64,000 nucleotides of DNA, taken from Candidatus Obscuribacteraceae bacterium (GTDB lineage: Bacteria; Cyanobacteriota; Vampirovibrionia; Obscuribacterales; Obscuribacteraceae). The stretch is taken from contig JBIKOL010000001.1 of NCBI GenBank assembly GCA_044358055.1, forward strand, positions 46,499 through 110,498, written 5' to 3'. Shown here in pieces: positions 8,993 through 20,031 of this stretch. Position numbers and translations under genes: made by a program. Positions within the stretch are counted from its first letter, which is position 1. The number at the start of each line of letters is the position of its first letter. The notes below the pieces were generated by a model, which worked only from the letters and a program-made list of their open reading frames with translations, ran no database searches and was not told the DNA's origin.

Positions 8993-10123
8993 TTATTCGT
9001 TTTCGCTATATTCTTCTTCGTTTTGGTCTTCATCTTCGTTTTCTGAGTCTGATTTTTGATAATCGACCAGGGCTTGTTTCATTTTTCGTCGCGAGTTCTC
9101 ACGGAAGCGTTCATTCAAGCGTGGCACCACACGAGCCTTGTTAGGACCGCCCACGTGTTTCTTTGTGCCGGCATCAACCTTGCTGGATTTTTCTGCGCGA
9201 ATTTTTGCTTCATTCTGCGAATCAGCAACGATTGCGCAATAGCTCACGTAGCGTGTTTCAGCGATCTTCGACAAATTGGCGATGACATTACATCCGGTTT
9301 CACCTAGATGAAGGCAATTTGAGAATTTGCAGTCCGGGGCAAGTTCAACTATCTCAGGGAATTGCCATGCGACATCGGCTGGCTGAGGATATTCAAGCTC
9401 GCCCATGTTGAAACCGGGTGTATCTACAATCCATGTGCTTGCTTTTCCATGAAACGTATCTTCAGGGGCCGCCGGAACTTTGTAAAGCTCGCTATATGTA
9501 GTTGTGTGACGCCCGACCAACAATTCTTCGTTTATATCTACCTTAAGATTGATATCGGGGATCAATTTGTTGATAATGCTCGACTTGCCTACACCTGAAG
9601 GTCCAATAAGGACGGATGTTTTAGCGCTTATGAGGGATATGAGCTCAGCAATACCGGAGCCCGATTTTGCCGAAGCAAAAACGACTTTATAGCCAAGCGG
9701 TTCATAAATGTTTCGTAAAGCCTCAAGCTCGCTATTATCAGCCAGATCGCATTTATTTACGAGTATGCAACAGCGGAAGAAGTCCAGCTCCAGCTGCAAT
9801 GCGACGATATAGCGATCCGTCAGAAGTGGGTTCCATTCGGGCTGATGCATGGACTGTACAATGAATACCTGATCCAGGTTCGCGATGAAGGGCCTGGTGA
9901 GCAGGTTTTTTCTTTCTTGCCGTGCAGCAATAACAGCAGTACCGCGATCTGAAGCTGAAAGCGCCGGCTCTACCTCGTCTAACTCGACGAGATCACCCGT
10001 GAAGACGGAAACGCCCTCCTTCTTCAACCTGGCTCGCAACGGACACTGGAACACGGCATTCAGTTCATCGGAATGCACCAGATATCCACCAGCGTGCCTT
10101 CTGAGGACTTTTCCTTTGACCAA
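8993..10123 (-). CDS. rsgA: Ribosome small-subunit biogenesis GTPase RsgA with unusual basic/acidic C-terminal tail
   Basis: OB-fold N-terminus, circularly permuted GTPase motifs (NKCDL, GPSGVGKSSIINKL, DTPG) and a Zn-finger (CKFSNCLHLGETGC). Apparent TTG start. Confidence 0.9.
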   Translation of the reverse strand: MVKGKVLRRHAGGYLVHSDELNAVFQCPLRARLKKEGVSVFTGDLVELDEVEPALSASDRGTAVIAARQERKNLLTRPFIANLDQVFIVQSMHQPEWNPLLTDRYIVALQLELDFFRCCILVNKCDLADNSELEALRNIYEPLGYKVVFASAKSGSGIAELISLISAKTSVLIGPSGVGKSSIINKLIPDINLKVDINEELLVGRHTTTYSELYKVPAAPEDTFHGKASTWIVDTPGFNMGELEYPQPADVAWQFPEIVELAPDCKFSNCLHLGETGCNVIANLSKIAETRYVSYCAIVADSQNEAKIRAEKSSKVDAGTKKHVGGPNKARVVPRLNERFRENSRRKMKQALVDYQKSDSENEDEDQNEEEYSENE

Positions 10124-10157
10124 ACGAGCATGCCCCCGGCTGAGCGTTAACGATATT

Positions 10158-10186
10158 TTGATACCACGACCTTAACAGCATACAAT
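10158..10186 (+). promoter_or_regulatory. Sigma70-type promoter candidate for typA
   Basis: TTGATA, 17-nt spacer, TACAAT, about 40 nt upstream of the start. Confidence 0.5.
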
Positions 10187-10225
10187 ACCGCCCGATTTAC
10201 TGGTGCGACGTTTTGAGAGAATATA

Positions 10226-12076
10226 GTGAGCAACAATATGGCTACCCAACTAATGGAACGAAAAATGGAAACCCGCGAAGAAAAAAAGGCATCCTCTGTT
10301 GCGCATATCAGAAATATTGCCATCATTGCTCACGTTGACCACGGCAAGACAACGCTGGTCGATGGATTCTTGCATCAGACAGGGGTATTCCGAGAGAATC
10401 AAGAAGTAGAAACCTGCGTTATGGACTCGAACGACCTCGAGCGTGAGCGCGGTATCACAATTCTTGCGAAAAACACAGCCATTGAGTACAAAGGCAATTT
10501 GCTCAATATCGTCGATACGCCCGGACACGCAGACTTTGGCGGAGAAGTTGAGCGAATTCTCGGTATGGTTGATGGATGCCTCCTTATTGTTGACGCTGGC
10601 GAAGGTCCGATGCCGCAGACACGCTTCGTGCTCAGAAAGGCTCTGGAGAAAGGTCTCAAGCCGATTGTCGTAATCAATAAAATTGACCGTCCGAATATTG
10701 ATCCACATGTGGCTGTTGATAAAGTTTTCGATCTTTTCGTTGAACTTGGCGCAAACAACGAGCAACTCGATTTCCCGTATGTCTTTGCCTCAGGCGTTAA
10801 AGGCTTTGCAAAGCTGCATTTAGAAGATGAAGATGTTGATCTTCGTCCGTTGCTCGATCTCATCGTAAAACATTGCCCCTCTCCAACCGGAGACCCTGAT
10901 GCCACCCTGCAAATGCAGGTCACCATTCTCGATTACAGCGATTATCTGGGTCGCATAGCTATCGGTCGCGTATACAACGGAACTATCTCTGATGGACAGA
11001 GCGTTGTATTGATGAAGGAAGGCGATCAGATAGTGCGCGGACGCATAAGCAAGCTGCTCAAATTCCACGGACTAAAGCGCATTGAAGCTCAAAGCGCGGC
11101 TGCCGGCGAAATCATTGCCATTGCTGGTTTTGCCAACGCCAACGTCGGCGATACCATCAGCCTGGCTGATGCACCAGAAGCGCTAGCACGCATTAAAGTG
11201 GACGAGCCTACGATGAAAATGTCATTCCTCGTCAACGACAGTCCTTTTGCCGGACAGGAAGGCAAGTATGTAACTTCAAGACACCTGCGCGACAGACTGC
11301 TGCGCGAACTGGAAACAAACGTCAGCTTGCGTGTCGATGAAACAGACAGCACCGATACTTTCCTCGTTAGTGGGAGAGGCGAACTCCACCTGGGCATTTT
11401 GATTGAAACGATGCGCAGAGAAGGTTATGAATTCCAGGTTTCAAGACCAGAAGTAATCTTGAAAAATGTGGACGAGCGCATGCTTGAGCCTTACGAAAAG
11501 CTCATCATCGATGTGCCAGAAGAATTCATGGGCTCAGTAATTCAAGAACTCGGACCTCGCCGTGCGGAACTGCAAAACATGCATGTGGACGCCGGACAGG
11601 GCTTTCTTGAATTCGTAGTCCCTACCAGAGGATTGCTCGGATTCCGCAGCGAGTTCCTGCGCCTTACCAAAGGCAATGGGGTGATGAATCACGCATTCTT
11701 CGAATTCAAAGATTGGTGCGGCGAAATACCTCGCCAGCGCAACGGCGCGCTTGTTGCTTGGGAAGAGGGCGTTGTTACAGGCTACGCATTGCAAGGCGCT
11801 GAAGACCGCGGAGTGTTTTTCATCACACCCGGCGCACGAGTTTATGGTGGCATGATTGTGGGCGAATACACTCGCTCGCAAGATCTGGATATAAATGTAT
11901 GCAAGACCAAAAAGCTAACCAATATTCGAAGTTCAACCAGTGATGCGCTTGTTACTCTGCAAGCTCCGCGCGAAATGTCGCTGGAGAAATGCCTGGAGTG
12001 GATTCACGATGATGAACTTGTGGAAGTGACTCCGCAAACCATCAGAATGAGAAAGCGCCAACTACCGCGCCGCTAA
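10226..12076 (+). CDS. typA: Translational GTPase TypA/BipA
   Basis: [33 protein letters not shown] and NKIDR motifs with a full-length EF-G-like fold. GTG at 10226, alternative ATG at 10238. Confidence 0.95.
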   Translation: MSNNMATQLMERKMETREEKKASSVAHIRNIAIIAHVDHGKTTLVDGFLHQTGVFRENQEVETCVMDSNDLERERGITILAKNTAIEYKGNLLNIVDTPGHADFGGEVERILGMVDGCLLIVDAGEGPMPQTRFVLRKALEKGLKPIVVINKIDRPNIDPHVAVDKVFDLFVELGANNEQLDFPYVFASGVKGFAKLHLEDEDVDLRPLLDLIVKHCPSPTGDPDATLQMQVTILDYSDYLGRIAIGRVYNGTISDGQSVVLMKEGDQIVRGRISKLLKFHGLKRIEAQSAAAGEIIAIAGFANANVGDTISLADAPEALARIKVDEPTMKMSFLVNDSPFAGQEGKYVTSRHLRDRLLRELETNVSLRVDETDSTDTFLVSGRGELHLGILIETMRREGYEFQVSRPEVILKNVDERMLEPYEKLIIDVPEEFMGSVIQELGPRRAELQNMHVDAGQGFLEFVVPTRGLLGFRSEFLRLTKGNGVMNHAFFEFKDWCGEIPRQRNGALVAWEEGVVTGYALQGAEDRGVFFITPGARVYGGMIVGEYTRSQDLDINVCKTKKLTNIRSSTSDALVTLQAPREMSLEKCLEWIHDDELVEVTPQTIRMRKRQLPRR

Positions 12077-12126
12077 TCTGTAGATGGCCCGCAAAACCTC
12101 AAACCAAAAAAAGGTCCAGAATATGT

Positions 12127-12151
12127 GTAGGGGCGACGCCATGCGTCGCCC
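12127..12151 (+). repeat. REP-like element, family 1 (GTAG head + 9-bp GC stem, CAT loop)
   Basis: gtaggggcgacgccatgcgtcgccc, identical to 14573..14597. Lies between the typA stop and the Rieske gene start. Confidence 0.88.
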
Positions 12152-12174
12152 GCGAAAGCGAGGAATCTCACCCA

Positions 12175-12483
12175 ATGCAGGTATACACAAAAGCATGCAA
12201 GTTGAACGAGCTTGCTCCCGGTAAATGCAAAGCTATTGAAATCAACGGAAAGCGCGTGGTCATCGTGAACTCCGGCGGAACTGTTTATGCACTGGAAGAT
12301 TCCTGCACGCATCTAGGTGCTCCGCTTTCGCAAGGATTCGTCTCCAAAGACAGCATTACATGCGAATGGCACGGCGCCAGCTTTGATCTCTGCACGGGCA
12401 ACGCCTTAAATGCCCCTGCTACTGAACCTGTACAGGTTTATGAGGTAAGGATAAACGGCGACGAAATTGAGGTGCTAATTTAA
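12175..12483 (+). CDS. Rieske [2Fe-2S] ferredoxin-type protein
   Basis: CTHLGAPL ... CEWHGASF (CxH..CxxH Rieske ligands). 102 aa. Confidence 0.9.
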   Translation: MQVYTKACKLNELAPGKCKAIEINGKRVVIVNSGGTVYALEDSCTHLGAPLSQGFVSKDSITCEWHGASFDLCTGNALNAPATEPVQVYEVRINGDEIEVLI

Positions 12484-12688
12484 CCTCGAGTTCGAATATC
12501 TCAGCTCCCTTGTCCTACAAGCGATTCGCTCCCACATGCCAGGGCTTTGGCTGCCAATTAGATCAATCTTAGTTAGCTCGCATATTAGTCGCAAATCAGG
12601 TCTAATTCTTCTGCCGTGTTATCCTGTTGAGAACTTGGGCGAACTGCTCAATTTGGCGGGAAAGTCCTAATAGCGTGGTTTTTGAGAC

Positions 12689-14443
12689 TTGACGATGCAA
12701 GCTAACAAGTTGGCTGAACGAGTCGAATCGAAGTTAACACCTGCTCCGATTGCAACCGTTACGGAGCGGCGGGATATCCTCATCCTTATTATCTTGCTTG
12801 CCGCCTATGCCGCTTGCTTCCTTCCTATATGCTTTCAAGTCGGCTTTTATCTCGACGATTGGCTGACTTTCTGGAATTTACATTTTGCACCGCATAACTT
12901 TTTTGACCTGCTGAAAGCTTCTTTTTCAGATCCGCGTATGGTCACCCGCCCCGTGCAATGTTTCTATTACGCAAGCACTTATTTCTTTTTCGGTGATAGG
13001 CCGCTTCCATATCACTTACTGCGCTTTTCACTGGAATATGTCGGCGCCGTGTTCCTGTATCTGGGCTTGAAGCGGCTCAGCACATCGCATTTCATGGCCG
13101 CGCTGAGTACTCTTTTGTTCTTGCTGTATCCGACTCATGATGCGACTCACTATTGGATAGGGGCCGCACTAGGACCGGGTTTTGGCTTGACGCTCTATCT
13201 TGCCAGCTTCTATTTCACTTTGTGTGCGTTCGAAACAAGAAAGACTTATCAGTATGCACTCGCCGTTTTGCTCTATGGACTGAGTGCGTTCTGCTATGAG
13301 TCTTTCTTGCCCATGCTCGTTCTCAGTTTCTGCGGCGTACTTTTGCTTTCTTCGGAGTACAGAACAGAGAGCAGATTAAATACGTTTGCTTCAACTGTGC
13401 GTTGGTTTGCCCCGTTCATTATTCTTGGATTGCTCGAACCGGTCTATCAAAGGTTTATGCTTCCCCGGCTGACACACGTGTTTCTTTCGCCAACGGCTGT
13501 TGATCCCATCTATTCTCTAAATGTGTTTGTTCAGGGACTGAACGTATCCTTATTCGCCGGACTCTGGTCATTCCTGGCTTCACGTATCAGAGAATGCATC
13601 CTTTCTTTAACCATGCTGAACGTCTGGCAGCTTACAGGTACTCTTGCCGCTACGGCTGCATTGATGGCGGTCAGTTACTCGAGAAACCAGCGAGTTCAAT
13701 ACAAAAGATTGTTCGTTGCTTGTGGATTAACAATTCTGGCTTCCTATCTGACTTTCGCTCTTGCGCAGGGCTATACTCCCGTGCTCGACACGATGATAAA
13801 CCGTGTGAACATCGGAGCCTCCGTCGCCGTGTCTATATTGATGGCGATGACCATAAAATGGCTGGTTGAGCGCTTCCACCGTTCCACCCCCGGTTATAAG
13901 CTGAGTTGCCGCCCCGACAGGCGTGCCATAACAATATCTCTTATGGTGTTGCCTTTAGTGGCAGGCATGGTACTGGCGAATCTGGGCATGTCGGCTTTCT
14001 GGATTTGTTCGTGGAATGTGCAAAAGAATGTTCGTTTCTTGATCAGCAAGAGCGCCGAGAACATCAAAGATGGCGACGCCATTATTCTTGGCGATACACA
14101 TCGATATCTCATGTGGGCTCCAGTATTTGATGGAACCTGGGACTTTCAAAGCATGCTGCGCATGACGCTCAACAAGAATACCGTTTCTGGTGGAGTGGTC
14201 AGCGACAGACTCTGCATCAGCGGCAATAAAATTCGGGATATTTCTCTAGGTTATGTCTGCGCCAGCTATGATGCCGATAAAGTCAAATTGCTTCTGCCTT
14301 CGGAATCAGCCTGGATCCCTGTGAACACGAGCAAACAATTCATCGATCTGGTTGCGAAAAAATCGAGCAGAGATATCTCGGCAGCAACGCTAAAGCGCTG
14401 GCGCCAGGGCGCCGCTGACCAGTCTCTCTGCTCCGCAAAGTGA
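12689..14443 (+). CDS. Polytopic integral membrane protein, GT-C-fold glycosyltransferase-like
   Basis: At least 10 hydrophobic helices. YLDDW acidic motif in the first loop after TM1. Soluble C-terminal domain. TTG 12689 or ATG 12695. Confidence 0.7.
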   Translation: MTMQANKLAERVESKLTPAPIATVTERRDILILIILLAAYAACFLPICFQVGFYLDDWLTFWNLHFAPHNFFDLLKASFSDPRMVTRPVQCFYYASTYFFFGDRPLPYHLLRFSLEYVGAVFLYLGLKRLSTSHFMAALSTLLFLLYPTHDATHYWIGAALGPGFGLTLYLASFYFTLCAFETRKTYQYALAVLLYGLSAFCYESFLPMLVLSFCGVLLLSSEYRTESRLNTFASTVRWFAPFIILGLLEPVYQRFMLPRLTHVFLSPTAVDPIYSLNVFVQGLNVSLFAGLWSFLASRIRECILSLTMLNVWQLTGTLAATAALMAVSYSRNQRVQYKRLFVACGLTILASYLTFALAQGYTPVLDTMINRVNIGASVAVSILMAMTIKWLVERFHRSTPGYKLSCRPDRRAITISLMVLPLVAGMVLANLGMSAFWICSWNVQKNVRFLISKSAENIKDGDAIILGDTHRYLMWAPVFDGTWDFQSMLRMTLNKNTVSGGVVSDRLCISGNKIRDISLGYVCASYDADKVKLLLPSESAWIPVNTSKQFIDLVAKKSSRDISAATLKRWRQGAADQSLCSAK

Positions 14444-14450
14444 TCAAGAC

Positions 14451-14576
14451 CGAGCGAGCCAGATATCGAGTCTATGCGTACGGACCGATCTTGAGCTCGA
14501 GCGAGTCAGCTATCGAGTCTATGCGTACGGACCGATCTTGAGCTCGAGCGAGTTCAGCTATCGAGTCTATGCGTAG
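14451..14576 (+). repeat. 47-bp tandem repeat, about 2.7 copies, running into a family 1 REP
   Basis: Units start at 14451, 14498 and 14545 (cgagcgag.cag.tatcgagtctatgcgtacggaccgatcttgagct). The third unit is truncated at tatgcgta, where the REP begins. Confidence 0.9.
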
Positions 14577-14597
14577 GGGCGACGCCATGCGTCGCCC
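14573..14597 (+). repeat. REP-like element, family 1
   Basis: gtaggggcgacgccatgcgtcgccc. Confidence 0.88.
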
Positions 14598-14825
14598 GTC
14601 ACGAAGCACAATTTAAAATCAGACCGACCCAAGCTTCTGCTTGAGTCACCTGTATAAACTACGAACGATTGCCGACTAAACGTATTGGCGATACCTAGTG
14701 GCTATCCGTCCTCTTTTAACAGCAGCGCCTCCTGATGTGCTGAAATGAGCCAAGCCGAGCCATGAATTCCCGGCACTTAGAAAAGATTAATTCCAAACCT
14801 TCCAACAAGTCCATTGGAAAAAACT

Positions 14826-15569
14826 CTAGTCTTCGACAAATTTGACAGCTATAACCGTTACGTTGTCAGGTGCGCCGCCGGCAATCGTCCGCTCCACCAG
14901 CGTTTTGCAAGCCTCTTCTGGTGTTTCCGAATCGGTCAGGACTTCGCCGATTTCAGGGTCCTGTAGAACTGCCGTCAAACCGTCGGTGCACATCAATATC
15001 CAGTCGCCAGCCTGTAGCTGCTTCGGAGTATGCTCAAGTTCAACCCTGTCTTTGTGGCCCACACAGCGAGTAATGTAGTTCTTGTAGGGCGATTCCCTCA
15101 TTTGCTCTTCCGTGATATGGCCGCCACGATAAAGCTCCATCACCAGAGAATGGTCTTGCGTCAAAACCTCCGGTTCGCCGTTGCGCACCAGATATGCTCG
15201 TGAGTCGCCAAGGTGTCCGATATGTATGCAACCTTTATTGTCTTGCACTGCGATAACAACGGTCGTACCCATACCTTTCACTGAGGGATTCTCCACCGAG
15301 AATCCGAAAACTGTTTCATTTGCTCGATTTGCGGCAGTCACAAGCCACAGCTCGATGGACTTCTCGTTATCGAGATCGCAAGGTGATTCTTTCCAAAAAT
15401 TCTCTATAGCGTTGACTGTCAAGCGCGATGCGATGGAGCCGCCCATGGCTCCGCCCATACCATCAGCCACGACAAAGACATGTTTGTCTTCGCTGATGTA
15501 GTAATTGTCCTGGTTATCTGCTCTCTTTACTCCCTGATCGCTCAGGGCTGCGGAGGTCCACTTCAACAT
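14826..15569 (-). CDS. PP2C-family Ser/Thr protein phosphatase
   Basis: SDQGVKRADNQDN, VVADGMGG, GDSRAYL, CTDGL, DNVTVI motifs. Confidence 0.92.
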   Translation of the reverse strand: MLKWTSAALSDQGVKRADNQDNYYISEDKHVFVVADGMGGAMGGSIASRLTVNAIENFWKESPCDLDNEKSIELWLVTAANRANETVFGFSVENPSVKGMGTTVVIAVQDNKGCIHIGHLGDSRAYLVRNGEPEVLTQDHSLVMELYRGGHITEEQMRESPYKNYITRCVGHKDRVELEHTPKQLQAGDWILMCTDGLTAVLQDPEIGEVLTDSETPEEACKTLVERTIAGGAPDNVTVIAVKFVED

Positions 15570-15729
15570 TAGCTATTGGAAAGGTGGGGATGTTTTGTTG
15601 TTTAATCAAAAGGGATTATATAAGGTTTGGAGCTGTACTTAGAAGTGTTGCAAGCAATCTGTTTCATCTCGCGTATTAACTCATTTACCAGACGCATTTG
15701 TCAGTAGAAAAAGTCGAATAATCGCCACC

Positions 15730-17895
15730 ATGGATGATAAAACTAAAAGTAAGATTCGTGATCTTCAAAAGAAGATCGCCATGCTCGAAACAGAACTAGC
15801 TGAACAGAAACAGCATGCTGAAATTCAGACGAAAACTCACGAACACACGCTCGATGAAATGAAAGATCTGACAGCCAAACTTTCCCAGGCTAGAGACCAG
15901 GCACTCGAAGCGTCACGGCTTAAGTCAGAATTCCTGGCTAATATGAGCCATGAGATCAGGACACCCCTGAATGGCGTAATAGGCATGAGCGATTTGCTGC
16001 TGCGGGCTAAACTCGATCCAGAGCAGCGCGAGCATGTGAATATCATTCATGAGTCGGCCAAGGTTCTTCTTGACATAATTAATGACATTTTGGATTTCTC
16101 CAAAATAGAAGCTGGAAAAGTCGAGCTTGAGATTCTTGATTTTGAAATTGTAGCTATTGTTGAGGCGACAGCAGAGCTGCTTGCCGAGCGGGCGCGCAAG
16201 AAGCAGCTTACTTTGATGACCTATGTCGACCCTGCGATTCCAAAGATTTTGCGCGGCGACCCGGGACATATAAGGCAAGTATTGTTGAACCTGGCCAGCA
16301 ATGCCATTAAATTCACCTCCAAGGGCGAAGTTGTAATTCGCGTTACACAAAAGGAAGTCCATGAAAAAGGTGTCTTGTTGAATTTCTCCGTAAAGGATAC
16401 CGGCATTGGTATCAGTAAGAATACCTTGAAGAAACTGTTCTCTCCGTTCACTCAAGCAGATGGCTCCATCACAAGAAAGTACGGTGGCACAGGGCTGGGG
16501 CTTTCCATATGTAAAGGACTTGTCGAACTCATGGGCGGCAAGATTGATGCAGAGAGTAATTCTGGTGAAGGTTCAAATTTCTATTTCACCATCCCCTGCG
16601 AACACTCTTCTCTTTCCGCTGAAGTTTCTGCTGCTGAGGCTGATTTACAGGGACGGCGTTTCTTGATTATCAGTTCTATAGATTCGGTAACTGAAATTGT
16701 TCAACATTATGCAAACAGTCTCGGTCTGCGCTGTGATTCAGTGAAAAGCGTAAGTGATGCGCTTGCGCTTATCAGGCAGGAAGGCGTGGCTAATGATCCT
16801 TTCCACTGTGCTTTGATTGATGCCTCTGGTTCGGAAAAGGAAGCTGTGCCTTTTGCTGAGATGCTCTCTCAGGACCCTGTTGCTTCGCTGACTAAATTGC
16901 TTATTCTTACTCTGATGCCTGTAAAACCTTCAGCAGAATCGCGGGAATCGCGCTTTGCTGCTTATTTGACCAAACCACTTAAGTTTTTCCAGTTCGTTGA
17001 TTGTTTGAATGCAGTGTTGTCGAAATCTGGACCGCGTTCTTTGGATTTAACCGTCACGCAGCAAATTCCACAAATGCCATCTTCCGATAACAGCTTGATT
17101 CTTGTGGCTGAAGACAATCCGGTAAATCAGAAAGTGGCTCTGCTTCAATTGAAAAATTTGGGTTTCAACGGTCATGCGGTGGCCAACGGACAAGAAGCCG
17201 TTGATGCCGCAATGACCGGCAAGTATTCATTGATCTTGATGGATTGCCAGATGCCAGAGATGGATGGATTTCTTGCGACCAAAGAAATTCGAAAATTAGA
17301 AGTGCAAAATGGCACTCACATTCCTGTCGTTGCGATGACCGCCCATGCGATGGAAGGCGACCGCGAGCGCTGTATCTCTGCAGGAATGGACGATTATATA
17401 TCCAAACCGGTGGATGCAAAAAAGCTTCAGCATGTACTGATTAAATGGCTTAACCCAGCCGAACGACCGGAGCCCATACTGCAACCCATTGAAGATGAGC
17501 TTGGCGAGCATCTTGATGAAGTCACGCAGCACACAATTAGCGAGGATCCCTTGAATATTTCTCGCTTACAGCGCACCTGTGGTGACGATGTAGCGCGTGA
17601 AATCCTTGAAGTATATATTTCTGCTGCTGAGACCTTACTTGAGGCGATAGAGGTGGAACGCAGCAAACGTGATGGGCGTGCTGTTGAGTCTTTAGCGCAC
17701 CAGCTGCAGGGTTCGTCAAATGCAATTGGTGCTGCGGAAATGGTTCGGCTGAGCAAGCGGCTGGAAGATATGGCAGCAATAAATAATTGGCCTCAAGTAA
17801 AAATCCTTTGCGAAGGGCTTAAATGGTCTTTCCGCAGGCTGAGCCGTTATGTGGAATATTCGCTTCAACATGATTTTTCACCTAAGAAAGTGTAG
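15730..17895 (+). CDS. Hybrid sensor histidine kinase (coiled coil, HisKA, HATPase, degenerate receiver, receiver, HPt)
   Basis: H-box [14 protein letters not shown]-box [25 protein letters not shown], receiver [13 protein letters not shown] ... SKPV, C-terminal HPt [12 protein letters not shown]. Confidence 0.92.
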   Translation: MDDKTKSKIRDLQKKIAMLETELAEQKQHAEIQTKTHEHTLDEMKDLTAKLSQARDQALEASRLKSEFLANMSHEIRTPLNGVIGMSDLLLRAKLDPEQREHVNIIHESAKVLLDIINDILDFSKIEAGKVELEILDFEIVAIVEATAELLAERARKKQLTLMTYVDPAIPKILRGDPGHIRQVLLNLASNAIKFTSKGEVVIRVTQKEVHEKGVLLNFSVKDTGIGISKNTLKKLFSPFTQADGSITRKYGGTGLGLSICKGLVELMGGKIDAESNSGEGSNFYFTIPCEHSSLSAEVSAAEADLQGRRFLIISSIDSVTEIVQHYANSLGLRCDSVKSVSDALALIRQEGVANDPFHCALIDASGSEKEAVPFAEMLSQDPVASLTKLLILTLMPVKPSAESRESRFAAYLTKPLKFFQFVDCLNAVLSKSGPRSLDLTVTQQIPQMPSSDNSLILVAEDNPVNQKVALLQLKNLGFNGHAVANGQEAVDAAMTGKYSLILMDCQMPEMDGFLATKEIRKLEVQNGTHIPVVAMTAHAMEGDRERCISAGMDDYISKPVDAKKLQHVLIKWLNPAERPEPILQPIEDELGEHLDEVTQHTISEDPLNISRLQRTCGDDVAREILEVYISAAETLLEAIEVERSKRDGRAVESLAHQLQGSSNAIGAAEMVRLSKRLEDMAAINNWPQVKILCEGLKWSFRRLSRYVEYSLQHDFSPKKV

Positions 17896-18176
17896 AAGCA
17901 CGGCCTTCAATCATTAGGCACCAGCAGCAGTATCGCATTCAGACAATCAAATGAATCTGCGGTATCACTACTACAAAAAGCCCGCTATCATGATCGCTTG
18001 CTAAGGAAAACCCCCTAAAAAGCAGGGGCAAACCTTAGACACCCTAAATGAGCCGTGTGTCATATTTCTTTCAGGAGCAGATTTACAGCGCGTTTTCACT
18101 ACCTGAACTGCCATTTTCCAATTTACTTTTTGGAAAAGCCTAGCTGATCATTAGGGTAGTGAGTGGAGGTAACAAT

Positions 18177-18797
18177 ATGTATTTGACCAACGACCAGCAG
18201 CTTGGCGGTAATAATATGCCGGGTCGCCCGGAAGACCTTGCATTCATAGTCAAGTACAACTGGCCGAGTCCAAAACACATGAAGGAAGCTATAAAAGTTC
18301 TTCTTTCAGCTCGTCTGGACGGCGCCCAACATGATGGTTCTGCACGCTTTGACGAGCAGGTAGAGGAAAAGACAGAAGTTTTTTATGCGCTGGCACGAAA
18401 CCCAGAAACCAGCGAAGAAGTTCTGAGTTATCTGGTAAAGATCGGGGATGACAGAATTTGTGAGTATGTAGCAATAAACTCACGTTGTCCGGAAGCAACG
18501 CTCGTGGCTCTGGCAAACCACCGCAGTGCTTCTGTGAGAGCCGCGCTCTCTGAGAATCCCTGTTGCCCTATTACAGTGCTCTATAGTTTGAGCCAGGATG
18601 AGCATCCAGACGTACGTTTTCGTCTTGCGGAAAATCCAAATCTGCCGGATTCCATTCTGCAAGGCCTCTGCCAGGACGAAAATCCTTTCGTGGCGATGCG
18701 AGCAAATAAGACATTGCGCAAAGCCAGCGGAGGAACAGTTGTATCCGGTCAATTTGCAAGTGCTCAGATCAAGATGAGGTCTGTGCAGGGAGGTTAA
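18177..18797 (+). CDS. HEAT / leucine-rich-repeat-variant (LRV) repeat protein
   Basis: GGAGG then ATG 18177 (the track ORF opens at GTG 18159). Repeated NP-x-(T/C)-x-x-x-L helical units (ARNPETSEEVLSYL, SENPCCPITVLYSL, AENPNLPDSILQGL). Confidence 0.75.
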   Translation: MYLTNDQQLGGNNMPGRPEDLAFIVKYNWPSPKHMKEAIKVLLSARLDGAQHDGSARFDEQVEEKTEVFYALARNPETSEEVLSYLVKIGDDRICEYVAINSRCPEATLVALANHRSASVRAALSENPCCPITVLYSLSQDEHPDVRFRLAENPNLPDSILQGLCQDENPFVAMRANKTLRKASGGTVVSGQFASAQIKMRSVQGG

Positions 18798-18820
18798 GCC
18801 CTCTCGGGCCATTAGGCAAT

Positions 18821-18837
18821 GCGCCTCATGGGCGGCC
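18821..18837. repeat. Degenerate half-copy of family 2 element
   Basis: gcgcctcatgggcggcc versus the family core ggcgcctcatgggcgccc. Confidence 0.5.
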
Positions 18838-18981
18838 GTAACAAGTTCCGAACTTGCAATTTCGATCCGTTCGAACACAGCATTACCTGCTGCATAGGAC
18901 ACAGCTTGAGAGGCGCCCCAAAAGGGCGTCTTTCATGTTCTAGCGCTTGATTAATTCTTGAGCTTTGTCGAACCTTCCCTC

Positions 18982-20031
18982 TTAGCGGTTCGGATTGAAT
19001 TCCTCAAACCTTTTGTCCAGACGAGGCCACTCGGGCACGGTAACGTCTGGCTGCATTGCTTTGAAACGGTCTGCTAGCTTGCTTAAGCTCGGTGGCTCTG
19101 TTGCATTAGCGCCTGCATCAAGGCTAGCTTGCTTGAATTGAGCGGCTTTCTCCATCGCCTTTCCAAAATTGCTGTCATATTGATTTGCGTTGCTCAAGCG
19201 CTGATTTCCATCGATGACACCGATGCTGCTAAGTGCGCCAGCAATAACAGCCGAGCTGCCGATCCTCTGGCTGATTTCAAATGGCATTGATCCTACGGTA
19301 CCTTTGAGCATGGCACCATCGAATCTCGAAGTCAGTAACCAGGAAGCTGCTGCTATTCCTGCAGAGTCCATACCGGTCTCCAGGAAGCCTACTGATGATG
19401 AGAGCTCTCTATGGCTGAGGACGTTGTTCAAAACGCCTCCAGCTAACACTGCACTGCCAGCTGCAAGTAAAGCTTTTGCGGCAGGCGGGAGAGGGAGGCT
19501 CTGTTGTGCGGCGAGAATCCCCTTAACTCCGAGGTAAGTTCCTGCAGACGCTGCCAAACCGCTAGCCCGTCCGATCGTGGCGTGTCCGACTTTCTGTTCG
19601 TCCTGTATATGTCCATCCTTAATTTCTTTAGCGATTTTCTGATCGCTCAAAATGGCAGCTGCCATCTTATTGATTTGATCGCCTTTGTTAGAAGAGTTGG
19701 CTGCGGCCAACTCATACGCAATCGCGGCAGTTTTCTTTTCGCCCGGCGTTTTATCATCCAGCACTAGATTATGAAGTTGTTGATTGTCCACAGAGCCGGT
19801 TGATCGCGCAATTTTAGCCAACTGCTTAATGGTGACATTCTGGAAATCTTCTCTGTCTGATGGTTGCGCATGCAGCATTATATCCATGACTTTGTGACTC
19901 AAACCCGCTTGCTCTCTTGAAGCATGCAGTATGTCATCTACGCCCTCGTGAATCTGTTTATCAGCCGGCTTTGCCTGATCTTTGCCCGCATTGTTATCCA
20001 TATAATTGCCTCGACCTTCCTGTAATTTCAT
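18982..20031 (-). CDS. Hypothetical protein with Gly/Ala-rich hydrophobic central region
   Basis: 349-aa ORF. The internal ATG at 20001 has a better SD (GAGG, 8-nt spacing). No signal peptide. No recognised domain. Confidence 0.65.
   Translation of the reverse strand: MKLQEGRGNYMDNNAGKDQAKPADKQIHEGVDDILHASREQAGLSHKVMDIMLHAQPSDREDFQNVTIKQLAKIARSTGSVDNQQLHNLVLDDKTPGEKKTAAIAYELAAANSSNKGDQINKMAAAILSDQKIAKEIKDGHIQDEQKVGHATIGRASGLAASAGTYLGVKGILAAQQSLPLPPAAKALLAAGSAVLAGGVLNNVLSHRELSSSVGFLETGMDSAGIAAASWLLTSRFDGAMLKGTVGSMPFEISQRIGSSAVIAGALSSIGVIDGNQRLSNANQYDSNFGKAMEKAAQFKQASLDAGANATEPPSLSKLADRFKAMQPDVTVPEWPRLDKRFEEFNPNR

Noticed and set aside
10399-10926. 175-aa and 171-aa minus-strand ORFs inside typA
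   Set aside because: They are fully embedded antisense to a highly conserved GTPase gene and have Ser/Arg-rich shadow composition.
14451-14597. Possible CRISPR array
   Set aside because: The 47-bp units are directly adjacent with no spacers, there are only 2.7 copies, and no cas genes are in the window.
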